From Ptychomitrium polyphyllum (Eukaryota), in NCBI GenBank assembly GCA_973851085.1, contig OZ316775.1:7068001-7132000 (forward strand): a DNA stretch of 64,000 bases, given 5' to 3'. The notes beneath the pieces were generated by a model. It saw nothing but the letters and a program-made list of their open reading frames with translations. It had not been told where the DNA came from and did no database searches. Shown piece after piece: positions 1 to 11,742 of this stretch; the stretch's first letter is position 1, and the number at the start of each line of letters is the position of its first letter. A program made the translations under genes and the position numbers.

Positions 1-545
1 AGGAGCCCCAGTGACTTCCGCGCGGGGAGTCCGGGGACCGTGCAAGGGGACTCACTGGCATTGGCAGGGCGACCAAGGCGCCCGGCGAGATCCTGAGAGA
101 TTAGAATAGAGGTCCGGCGAGACCCGTGGCGCACACAGCTCAGAGGCGAGGATCGTGGTGGCAGCGCCCCGTCCGGTGGTCGGTCGGGGCGGAGTGGGTC
201 TGGCCGGGGAACCCTAGCGATGCCAGGGCGGGGAGGGTCAGGGAGGGGAGGGAAGGGGGCCAGAGTCCGTTCTGTTGGTTCGCCATCAGAGCTTGCTTTG
301 CTTCTGTAAGGAGCGCGGGTTGTTTTTCCATCATCATTCAACAGATACTCTACCAACTCACACACCATCTCCTTCCCTCCGCCATCGCCCTGTGAATGCC
401 GACGCCCGCCCTGTGAATTTCTCGGCGTGTTGTGTCTCCCTCCCCCCCCCTTCTGCTCCCTCTCTTCTCCCTCCTCTCTGTTCCATCCTTCCCTCTCCCT
501 CCTCTCCCTCCCCCCTCTCCCCGGAACGTTGCGAAGACGTGATCG

Positions 546-554
546 TTAGGGTTT
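546..554 (-). promoter_or_regulatory. Telo-box (AAACCCTAA) in the eIF4G 5' region; mirror copy at 23016..23024
   Basis: TTAGGGTTT at 546..554, just after a CT-rich tract (~435-521) and ~380 nt before the ATG. Telo-boxes are established elements of plant translation-machinery genes. Confidence 0.6.
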
Positions 555-927
555 GCTCAGGTGGACGCTGCTCAGGGAACCCCGCGCCACGCACACGCAA
601 CCGCGACCGCAACTGGTCTGTGTTGCGCTATTGGATGTATTGAGAGCAAGCGCGCGCGCCCGTTTTCATTGGCAGGTCAATTTTGACACCGGAGGTGGTG
701 GTGCTGCGGGGCCGCGCGCAGATAAGGGTTTTTTGCCGGTCGCGCGCAGCGGAGGCGCGGGGTTTGGCTCGGGTGAAATGCGTGGGAGAGAATTGGTGAG
801 AGAATTGGTGTAGGATAGGGCAGGCCGGAGGTGGTCGGTCCGTGACGGAGGGCGGTAGGTCGTCGTCGCAGGCGGATCGGCAGATCCTTTTCAAAGAAGC
901 GCAAGGGAGGGACGAAAGCTCTCATAT

Positions 928-3900
928 ATGTCCCATTACCAAGGCAAGGGAGACCGGACTGACGCACAGCTGAAAAAGGCTGGGAGGGCGGGCGGTGGTC
1001 CTGGACATTCGCGAGGCGGGGGCGGTCAATCGATTCCCGTGAAGGGCGCAGGGCCCGCGCCCTTCAGCAGCGCCCCTTCTGGTGCGGGGCCGCCCCAGCC
1101 GTCTCCCTCTGCTGCGTCCGCAGCTCGCCCCACTGCTGTGGCCGCTTCCACCAACCGCAGGTAAGCTCTTTGCATGCACCCGATTGCCTTTGGTGTCGGG
1201 TTTCGCACTCACGCCTTCGTTCGAGTCGTTGCGGTGCTCTGCAATCGGGATAATTGCCGACGACTCCAATCCTTGCCTCAGAGCGTTCGTGACGTGTTCC
1301 TCCAATCATGGTTTCTTCGAAATTATTAGGGTTCCGTCTCTGGAGCTAGTGGTGTGTAAGACATTGGAACTTGTTTGTTGAGAACCTTCTGGTGCCTGGG
1401 AGTCAGGGAGGTCCTTCCGCTCGCTCTCCGTCAATGCTATTTCGTCGTTGGGGATAGGGTTCCACCCTTTTCCTGGGCGACCGTTTTAGTGGAGTATCGT
1501 TCTCGTACCTCCAGGAGGGGGAAGTAACAGTCGAGCAGTTGACGGATGCATGAGTGTCGAGTTAGGGTGTGCGCATCAGTGAAGAGGGCTGCCGTTTTAT
1601 GTTCATTAGGAAGCGCTGCTCTGGTCCCCCCCTCCCCCGGTCCTGCGATGGTATCTGTTTCTAAACAGGTAGCGCCACGGCTGACCTAGATGAGGGGCGA
1701 TTAGACCCGTGAGTTGTCCCGTGCCCTCATTGCGCGGTTAGAGTTGTGATGAAGGCAAGCTTTGAGGACTCATGAGCTATGGATGAGTGCGCTGCCGCTT
1801 TGAAAAGCATCACCATGAGCGTGAACTAGCGGTGGCTCGATGAGCGTTCAGTTAAGCAGCGGCATTTTACAATTTGGTATGGAAGTGCTTATGGTTGGCT
1901 TTGCACTTGGACGTCTCTGCCTCGATTCCTTGTGTTTCCAGCGTCGCGTTGGTAGTGTTTAAGCTGGGAATTGCTGGGATGCGGATGCAAAGGCGAGTGA
2001 AGCAAGAAATGTCAGGTAGTTGCTCCGAGACTCCGAAGTGCTAATGCCATATCGACTCAGGATCGGGAAGTCAGTAGGGCCCTACTTGAGAAGCTCGAAG
2101 GTTCATTATTTCTTTGGTTTTTCTTCTGGACCCCATTGTGTGCTCCATGTTAGATTTCTCACCACTTGCGAATGGGAGGATGAGTTGTCCATTCCAGGCA
2201 TGTGGTCTTCGAGGGACTAGCAGAGCTAAAGCAGCCACCAACGCATAATGAAAGAGTTTGGCGAGCAATGCTACAACATCGTCTTTATTCAAACCCTTCC
2301 GTAGTTTGGGTCAACAGTCCCTCGTTCCTCTCCACCTCGAATGGTGGTTCTTCCCGTTGTCGCTGTACGCTGTGCTGAGTTTGAAATCAGTATTTACCTG
2401 TTCGCTCGTTTGTTTGACAGTGGAAAGCGTGCAAATGGACCTTCTGCCTCTGGAAGAGGCGCTCCAGGCGCAGGGCCTCCAGAGCAAGGCGTCAATAGCA
2501 AAGTGCAGCAACCGGTTTTATCTCAGCACCACAACGGTCAGCAGCAGCAAGGTGAATGCTCTTATAGTTTCTAGTAACCTCTGGCATGCGTCACCCGCAT
2601 TTGTGGTTTCTCCCGGGTTGGTCTGGTCGTGTTCCATTTAAGCTCTTGCAAGCATGCATATGTGGGTCTCATAGCATAATTGTCAGTCGACCAGATGGTG
2701 ATGTGAGCACGGCGCGTACTGCTGACCTGCCTTCATATGTGTGGACGTGTCCAGACGCAGGGCTTTAGACTTCGATAGAGAAGTTTTAGTGGCATTTAGC
2801 AACTGACAATCTTTTGATTTGCAGCAACAGTGGTGCGCCAAGGTGTGGGGTCTGCAGATGCAAACCAGCACTCACAGATGGGAGCTTCACAACAGAGTAC
2901 AGATTTGAAGGGCGCAATGCCTGCTAGAACATCCGGACACGCAGGATCCGGAGCTCCGACTGTTGCTAAGCAACCTCCGACCAGTAAACCTCCTGCTCCT
3001 CCGTCTAGCGTAGCCACCGGTTCTGAAGCTGACACGCCCTCTGGTAAGCGATCACCGTCAGTTCTTTGCACACCTGGAACTGGAAAATGTGTTTTGTTTG
3101 CTCATGTAGGAAATGCTGTAACTGAACCGATGGTTTTGTATTCCAAGGTTTTGCTTCAAGTGCTTCCCGTTCTTTGTTCCCCCCGTCCCCCTTTTCTTTT
3201 TGTTGGCGAGGACAGCTTACTACGTATAAGAGCTTGCTCGTTCGGCGAGGATTTGTGGCCATTCTTGCAACAGTTATTACACTGTGCTAAGTGTTTTTTT
3301 CTTGGTTTTTCTGTGTAGGTGCACCACCTCCAGTTTCGCAATCATCGCACAGTTCCTTTTCCTTCCAGTTTGGGAGTTTTGAGCCTAGCGGTTTTGGTGG
3401 CGTTTCAACAAGCGGGAAACCCTCTGCAACTCCAGTAAGCAAAGCATGCACAAAGCTTGTGTTTTGAAACCATAGGCCTCAGTCAAATAGGGGAGGGATG
3501 TTGGCTGAATTTTGGCACCGGTTTAGGTGAATGGCTCGTTGCACCTGACAATCCTTGTACGTTGTCATGATAGACTTGGTCTAGGCGTATTAAGCTCATT
3601 GTGGGTCCAGTAGAAAGTAGATGTCAGTGGCGTACACCTAGGTGATCCCTCCCAATTGGTTTGTGTGCGTGGGTGCTGACAATGCTGACAATACCCTTGT
3701 GTTTGTGTGCAAAGTATCCATTACGTACCAATTCTGCTCCACCGAATCTTGACGAGCAAAAACACGAACAGGTTGGTGTACAGTGTCGTACCTTTCGTTA
3801 GCATTTGTGGTCAGTGTGTTGTTGCTGTGAACAATCATGCTATGATAGTCTGTCACTTGGATGTAACAGTAGGCGTACACAGCTTGCGTGGTGTGGTTGT

Positions 3901-6900
3901 GCATCTTGATGTTAGTTGTGATGATATTCGCCATGTTGTGAGCCCAGGCACGTTTTGAGCGAGCGTTGCCAAGAACACCAGTATTGGCCTCTGGGCAGCA
4001 ACAGAATGCACAGGTAGGTTGGGCGCCTCTATATGGATAGAGCCTCTGAGTGGTGGCTTCACAGAGAGATAGCTTCTAAATACAATGGGTAACATATCGG
4101 AAGCTAGCAATTTTCATGTGTTTGATGAATGTGTAGTGGATGCTTTTTGATGGCCCCACGATAGAACCAACATGTCTGCATCGCAGGCGTCTTTGTCACC
4201 GATTCTTGGAGAAGTGGATTTTTCATCACTGGTGCTCAGGCACCCGTGCTGATCATATTCAATGTTTTGTGAAAAACAATCTGGAGGGTGATGTTGCATT
4301 GGCAACACGATATTGTTTTTTTCTCACCGTCCTGTGGAACTGTAGGTTGATATAGGGCCAACATGCATGGCAAGTTTTTGTGCTCTTTAGGTTCTCAACT
4401 TGTGTCGGTTGACATCATGTGACAGGTTGCCATGCGAAATGTGGGTGGTGCAACGGAGCAGCAAGCTGTACCAGCAATGGTGCAGCATATGCAACCGAGT
4501 ATGAGTTCCCAACAAGGGCTAATACCGGTTGCAACAACGGCTCAGGCCCCTCCTCCCCAGCAATTAGGTCAAACACCTCAGTATTTTCAGCATCCACAAG
4601 CCAACAACTTGCACATGCCAGCTCCGCACATGCCCCATGCTTCTCAGGTATTGCTGCTGACCCTACCCAACGTGCCATGTAAGTGAACATGAGAGTGTGT
4701 CTGCTGCTGAGCAGAATCGCGTTGGTAACATTCTCATGCAACGACTGGTGCACAGATGGCCCAACAAATGCAACAGCAGCAGCAGCAGCAAGCTCTGGCG
4801 CATCAGCAGCATCAACAGCAGCATCAACACCAGCAGCACCAGCACCAGCACCAGCACCATCAACAACAGCAGCAACAGCAGCTGCAACAACAACAGCAAG
4901 CGATGCCGCAGCAGCAGGGGATGGTGCAAGGAAGCCTGAAGTATCCACCATCTATGATGGCTGCCCCTCATCACAGTTCTCAAATGCTAGGTACTCCCAT
5001 TGGTAGCCAGTTGGCTAATCCATTATCTGCACAACCTATGCCTCAAATGGCGCATCAGCTAGGACCCAATATGGGTGGTGTGGGCGGGCAAATCCCTGGG
5101 GGTATGTCAGTACCGTATGGGCCTCCCACAAATCAATTTACTATGACACAGAAACCAAAGAGCAGGGCAATTAAAATCTTGGACCCAAACACCCACGAGG
5201 AAGTGAAAATCAACCCAGTAAAGAAGGAGAGTGCAGACATTGTGCCTCCATCTGGTCTTGGGACTCCAGTTAGGGGTTCTAGCAATGGTCTTATTCAACC
5301 GATGGCCCCCGTAGGATACAATCCGTCACACCATATGGGTCCTTCCAATATGTATTATTATACTCAGGTATACCCGCAAGGGATTTCCAAGGCAGGTGGC
5401 TTTTCTGGAGCGCCTCTTTCTAGTTCTCCGCCTGTAAGGTATGGTCCGTTTAATCCTGCCCACTCTGGACAAGGTGTGACTTTTGGGCACTCAGGAACCG
5501 CTCCAGTGCCACCTGGTCCAAAAGTTGCCCCTCAACTGGGGGCCGTGCCTCCGCTAGGGTCTGCTGCAAACCCAGGCCCCAATCCAGCTGAGATGTTAAG
5601 TACGCCTCCTGTGGCACCGCTTATTCCAGTTGTGGTGGGGCCGCCCCCGGTTACAGTTCCAGGTATTCCTGCTGTAATTGGCAATCCTAGAGCAATTCCA
5701 CCTCCTGTGGGGATGAATGCTCCGATCATCTCTAATGGGAGGCCGCCTAGCTTGACTGTGCCTCCTGTTTCCCCTCCTGCGCCCCTGACTCCCAGTTCTG
5801 TGCTTCCTTCACCAAATGCATCGATTGCATTCAAGTTCGGCGACGTGGAAGCATCGGGTTCCACCCCGGTTGCAACCAGCGAAGCAAGTAGTGAAGGATC
5901 ATCAAACGGTGCAAATGGACATGCATCGACAGGGGTAGAATCTGTGAATGCAAGTGTTGGTCCCGCGCATGTTGGTGTAGTAGGCAGCCTAACCTCTCCT
6001 GGGGCTTCAGGTCCTGTCATGAATCGGCCAAGTGTTACTGTTATTCCACCTAAGCAGGTTACAGGCTCTTCAAATGCAAGTGGTGTCAGTCCGAAAATGA
6101 TGACTCCTCCTGGCACAGGCGGTGCAGGAACTTTTGGAGAGAAAGTGAAGGTAGAAGCTGCGAAGACAAGCGGAAATTCGACTTCGAGGAAGAACAGCAA
6201 GAAGGACAGGCAACGGCAGCAGCAGCAGCAGCAGCAGCAGCAACATCAACAACAACATCAACAACAACCTCATCTAGCAAATCTGCAAGTCTCTGAGAGT
6301 GAGAAGAACGCTGACCAGCTTGTTTCACCAGCTGGGCAGAACTCGATGGATAAAACTTATGTGGCCGGGGGCCTCAAATCAGGCTTGCAAAGGACTCAAT
6401 CTGGAGCTCATGGCAGTACAGCAGTGTACACGCCTGTGAAGAGCTCGGGAAGCAAGCCGGAAGAGTCCAAGTCGGCCAATGCTAAAGCTGGTAGCAAGGT
6501 CCCTCATCAAGGTATGCATGGCTATAGTCAGGGCAGTGGCCTGATTTGAAATCAAGTTCATTTTGCAGGTTGGACAGGCTCGGCATTGCTTAAAGATTAT
6601 GCCCAAACGAAGCCATGCCTTTGTGTGTGTTAGAGTCTCATTCTGCTTATTTTTCCAAGTGCAGTCTACCGTCTCCATTCCAGGGCCTTGCACCAAGCTG
6701 GCCATGGATTGTGTTTGATGCTCTTATGAGTTGCTTGGATGTTTACATGGTGATGGTTGTGTCTTTCATCAGATACAGCCTCAGAGAGCATGGAGTCTCA
6801 AGGGACTGGAGGGGTTGTTGCAGTTAAAGGTGAGGGTGAGTCCGTTGCTGTGCAGAATGTTTCAGGGGAGGACAAAGAAGGCGCGCGCGTGGCGTCTGAA

Positions 6901-9900
6901 AGCTCTTTGAAAACAGATACGTCTGTATTGCTTTCAGGTGCGTCCACGGCGTCCACGGCGTCCACGAGTCTTCCTTCAATGCTTGTGAAGGACGAACCTG
7001 CTGACCCTCAGGCAGAAGAGTCGAGAGCTTTGGATGAGAGCGAGCTTCAAGATGCGAAAGTTTCTGTAAACCCGGCTGCAGCTATCTCTAGTCTTGGTGA
7101 GGAGCCAGTGAAGCATGCGACGGAGAATGCTGAAGTAGAGCCTAGTACCGTTTCACCTGAGGCAACGACTCCCCAGACCAGTGCTGCAGCGCCAATTGAG
7201 AACGAGGATGTTCTCAAAGAAGCAGAATCTATTGTAATTGACGTGCATGAGGAGGATGCCGAGGTTGTTGATCAGGGTAGTTTCGGATTATCGGAGGCTG
7301 ATGATGTAGCAGCCGGCAAGCTCACAGAGGATTTGGCTTCCCATGTGTCAGGTTCAGAGAAGGAGACATATGTGGTAGACGACACCCCCATGGTGACAGA
7401 GCCACAAATGGAACTGTCGACCAAGCTACCAGAGGGGCACATGGTAGCTGCTGGGGGTGCGGAAACTGTAGGGAGTGAAGAAGCGGCAGTCGAGGAATCA
7501 GGTGTCTCGGAAGCTGGTGCACAGCCTTTGGAGGAGAGTGACGGAGCAGACAAACAGATTCTCCAGAGCGACCATATCTTTGAAGCAGTTCCGGGGAGTC
7601 CTTCACATCTAGATCTGGATACATCTACGTCTGAGGGCAAGGTGAAGTCTTTGCAACAGGACTCTACTGTTGTATCGGACACCACCGAGGAGGTCCCGAA
7701 GGCCGTTGAAGCTGGTGCTGTCCAGAAAAGTTCGCGATTGGATCTGTCAGTAGTCGACTCGGTGGGCTCCACCGCCGATGAGGTGCAGAGTAAGGATTCA
7801 TCAGAACCGCTGGAGGGCGCTGAGGGTTCAATTGAAGACGAGGGTGTGAATTCAAGACCGTTAGAACATGCAGAATCCACAGCAAGCAATTCATGTAGGT
7901 CTGAAATAAATGCCACATCAGTGGTGGAAGAATCTGGCTCCGACGTAGAGTCCGCCCCGTTGTTGAGCAGTACCTCTGGAATTTCGACCAGGGAAGTGAG
8001 CGAGGCTGTGCACACACTAGAGAACGAATTGGATGCAGCGGAACCTGCAATCGTTGGGAATTCGAATTCCGGTCAGGAGGGCCTGAAAGTGGGAAGCAGG
8101 AAGAAGAAGAAGAAAGAGTTCCTTGCACGGGCAGACGCAGCTGGTAACACGGCTGATCTTTACAACGCATACAAGGCACCTGAGGAGAAGAAGCTAGTGG
8201 AGGTGAAGCGAAGTGAGGTTTCTGGTACAGGATCTTCGGGCAATGATGTGAAGGATTCTGCTGTGGCACAAGATAAGGCTTTGCCGAAGGAGGTGGACGA
8301 CTGGGAAGATGCTGCTGAACTTCCGACGCCAACCATATCGGTCGCCCATGCTGTGGATACCGGTGATAGGAAATACACGCGCGATTTTCTAATGACCTTC
8401 AGGGACCAAAACAGAGAATTTCCTCCCAACTTTGAAATTAGGCATGATATTGCGGAGCTGTTACTCGACAAAGACAGGTTATTTGCCGATGGAATGACTA
8501 GCCCTGCGCGAAATCCGGACCGACAGGCCAGTGGCGGGGGACAGAGATTAGAGAGGAGGGGAAGCGGCATACAGCAGGGACCAGATGAAGATCGGTGGAC
8601 TAGACAACCTGGACTAGTTCCTTCTCCTGGTAGGAATCAACCTGGAGATGCACGCATGGATATGTCCATGCAAGGTGGGTTCCGGCCTGGACAGGGTATG
8701 CAACCCGGCTTGATCTCCCCAGTGCCACAGCAATGGCCTGGCATGCCAGGCCAGCCTGGGTTTCCAGGTTTGGTTCAACGAGGGCCTGGTAATATGCCCC
8801 TGCCGCATTTCATGGCACCTGGTCCTCCTGGGCGCAGCTCAAATGGTGTGGATGGAGATAGGTGGCTTCGACAACCAATGGCAGGAGGAAAGGGTCCGGG
8901 CCTGATTCCATCACCTCGGACTCCTCTGCCTGCAATTCACAAGGCGGAGAATAGATACGAGGTTGGTAAGGTATCAGACGAAGAGCAAGCAAAGCAGAGG
9001 CTGATCAAGGGGATCTTGAACAAGCTGACACCCCAGAATTTTGACAAACTGTTTGTTCAGGTTCAGGAAGCCAATATTGACTCTGCCACTACGCTTACAG
9101 GTGTAATCTCACAGATTTTTGACAAAGCATTGATGGAACCCACGTTTTGTGAAATGTACGCACAGTTTTGCGTGAAGCTTGCTGCAGACCTGCCAGAGTT
9201 CACCGAGAATGATGAGAAATTCACTTTCAAGCGTGTTCTGCTGAACAAATGCCAAGAAGAGTTTGAGCGTGGGGAAAGGGAACAAGAGGAAGCAGAGAAA
9301 GACGAGGAGGAGCACGTGGAAATAAAGATGACACCCGAAGAAAGGGAGGAGAAACGTCTGAAGGCTCGAAGGCGAATGTTAGGAAACATCCGTTTCATTG
9401 GTGAACTTTACAAGAAGAGCATGCTGACTGAAAGGATCATGCACGAGTGTATCAAGAAGTTGCTAGGGGACATCCAGAATCCCGACGAGGAAGATGTGGA
9501 GGCTTTGTGCAAGTTGATGAGCACTATCGGCCGAATCATTGACCATCATAAAGCCAAGGAGCACATTGATGCCTACTTTAGACGTATGGAATCTCTTTCC
9601 AATAACACGAAGCTTTCATCCCGGCTTAGGTTCATGTTGAAGGATTGCATGGAACTTCGGAGGAACGGGTGGCAGGAGAGGAGGAAGGTGGACGGACCAA
9701 AGAAGATCGATGAGGTGCACAGGGATGCTGTCCAAGAAAGGCAGCAAGCTGCCCGTGGGGATCGTTTAGGGCGAGGTCCCAGCATTGGGGGAGGGTCTGC
9801 TCGGCCAAGGATGGGGCCCGGTCCGGAATTTGGCATGCGAGGTCCGCCATCTCCGATGTATTCTCCTGGGCCGATGGCGGCTGGTAAGCTTGGGATGATT

Positions 9901-11335
9901 CTTCATTTCTTCCCCCTAGGAACCCAGGCATTCAATACGTTGAAATCTGTATTTTTCGTCAGTGGTTTGTTTATTTGTTCTTTCTGCATTTTGGTGCGAG
10001 TGTTTTCTGCTAAAGCATCAACTACGGTCGCCCTTTGCTGCAAGCATCCGATAGGATACTTGTTGACTTTTAGGGTTAGTTTGAATCAAGTGATGAGGCT
10101 ACTATGTTTCGAAACTCATCAGTGCTTTCTTGTCAATGGCTTGGCTAGTTTCACCCCATGGCAAGGATGCGTGAGTGACCCTATGGACTTGTTTGTTGCA
10201 CAGGACCACCTATGAATAGTATGCGAAGGGCACCATCCCCACAAGGGGGGATGCGTGGTGGGGGTGGTTTTGTGCAGGACGTGAGAATGGAGGATAGATC
10301 GCTTTCAATGGATCTTCGACCTGTTCCAATGCCCTTGTCTCAAAGGGGTGGTGAAGAAGGCAACATTACTTTGGGCCCACAAGGTGGACTTGGTAGGGTG
10401 GGAGTACGGCAACAATCGTTGAGTAGTGGGCGGAGTGCGTTGTCAGATGCGGTGCCCATGATGTCGGGTACCCCTGAGATGCGTCGGTTGAGTTCAGGAC
10501 CTATTTTGGGCGGGTATGGTCAAGATAGGCCACACTTTGGTAATCGGGAAGAGCTTTCAATGCGACCCTCTAGTGCAGAGAGGCCCAGATCAGCTGAGAG
10601 GCCTAGATCAGCTGAGAGGCCTATACTAGACATACCGATTGGAGGTGACAGGCTGAGTCCGGGTATGCGAGACTTGCGAAGCACACCGGAACAGCAAAGA
10701 GTAGTAGAAAGGCCTGGTCCACTGAACGCGTCTTCCAGTACCTTCCAGGTGCAACGAAACGAGTCCACGGTTCCTCTGGCATCAGCTCGTCCATCTACGG
10801 CACCGCCCCTTTTGAGTGAAGATGAGCTGAAGAAGAAGTGGGAATCGACTATAAGTGAATATTACAGGTGAGCTATTTCGGGATGACTTTGTGTGCGAAG
10901 GCAGGGATTTATTAGGATCACACGGTGCTTTGGAGAACGAACATTCGGCTGGTTGGTAATTTGAAAGATATCGTTTATCATAATGGATATTTGTGTATGG
11001 TCATGTTGCATTGGCTCTGATCCGGCCGTGCTTCCTCTGGCATTAGAATAGCAAACGTGGTTTTGATCATTCGGATGTCCTAGGTTTTGATCAGCTCTTT
11101 GGCAGTTGTTGATAAAGTGTGTTGAACTGCGGGGGTGCAGTGTAACAGACCTGAAGGAAGCGGCATTATGCGTGGAGGAGCTGAAAGCTTTCAAGCATCA
11201 CCCTGAAATGGTGTATACGTGGGTGTCGGAATCTCTTGAGAAGAAAGACAGAGAAAGGGATCTGCTTGTAAAGTTGCTGCTGCATCTTCACAGAATAGAT
11301 CCTCCTCTTCTGTCACGTGATCAGCTCGAGAAGGG
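928..11335 (+). CDS. eIF4G: Translation initiation factor eIF4G, plus-strand copy, 3'-partial (last exon absent before the N gap)
   Basis: GT-AG exons in a continuous frame: 928-1160, 2421-2551, 2825-3043, 3319-3434, 3715-3771, 3948-4013, 4426-4647, 4756-6511, 6773-9883, 10204-10867, 11141-11335. Plant eIF4G N-terminal motifs (FQFGS, RTNSAPPNLDEQK, IKILDPNTHEE). eIF4E-binding YxxxxL-phi motif (YTRDFLM at 8374). MIF4G/HEAT1 (KGILNKLTPQNFDKL...RRRMLGNIRFIGELYK), RRKVDGPKKIDEVHRDA, and the start of MA3 (ISEYYSVTDLKEAALCVEEL). Confidence 0.9.
4762..4917 (+). repeat. Coding CAG/CAA/CAC/CAT tract encoding poly-Q/H in eIF4G; second poly-Q tract at ~6211-6267; both mirrored in the right arm
   Basis: Translates as QQMQQQQQQQALAHQQHQQQHQHQQHQHQHQHHQQQQQQQLQQQQQAMPQQQ; the second tract as QRQQQQQQQQQHQQQHQQQ. 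Confidence 0.9.
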
Positions 11336-11381
11336 GTATGCTTTCTTCATTGCTCGCTGGCAGCTAACCATTCACTTTTTT

Positions 11382-11581
11382 NNNNNNNNNNNNNNNNNNN
11401 NNNNNNNNNNNNNNNNNNNNNNNNNNNNNNNNNNNNNNNNNNNNNNNNNNNNNNNNNNNNNNNNNNNNNNNNNNNNNNNNNNNNNNNNNNNNNNNNNNNN
11501 NNNNNNNNNNNNNNNNNNNNNNNNNNNNNNNNNNNNNNNNNNNNNNNNNNNNNNNNNNNNNNNNNNNNNNNNNNNNNNNNN
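11382..11581. other. Assembly gap (200 N) at the inner end of the left inverted-repeat arm
   Basis: Exactly 200 N. The round number suggests a scaffolding placeholder, so the true size is unknown. Confidence 0.99.
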
Positions 11582-11742
11582 GGAATGAAAACATCAGCTC
11601 CATGTCAAAGAAAGAATCAACCACCTGATCGATTCAGTTGAATCTTGATCCTCATCGAACCACATGTTGCGCTAACCTACTGGGCTCACTAAATCAGAGT
11701 AAATACAAACCAGGTGTTTGTGAGAAACAGGGACAGCGTTTA

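Larger units (their letters stand above)
1..11381 (+). repeat. Left arm of a >=11.4-kb near-perfect inverted repeat (runs off the window start, ends at an N gap)
   Basis: ORFs from 126 to 11194 each have an identical opposite-strand twin at 23570 minus the coordinate (e.g. 6757..10215+ vs 13355..16813-). Position 1 (aggagcccca) mirrors 23569. Homopolymer runs checked by eye have equal lengths in both arms. Confidence 0.98.

Noticed and set aside
6512..6568. Alternative eIF4G acceptor ttttgcag at 6568
   Set aside because: It would give a 57-nt intron and an in-frame stop soon after. The acceptor at 6772 keeps the frame.
9884..10203. Hydrophobic C-terminal tail of the 1152-aa track ORF (GKLGMILHFFPLG...QDHL)
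   Set aside because: Read-through into an intron (G|gtaagc at 9884, cacag| at 10203). The spliced frame continues into the next eIF4G exon.
10572..10623. 18-nt coding repeat giving SAERPR-SAERPR-SAERP in eIF4G
   Set aside because: Real, but a minor slippage repeat in a disordered linker with no evidence of separate function.
11106..11624. Track ORFs containing long X runs
   Set aside because: Artefacts of translating through the 200-N gap.
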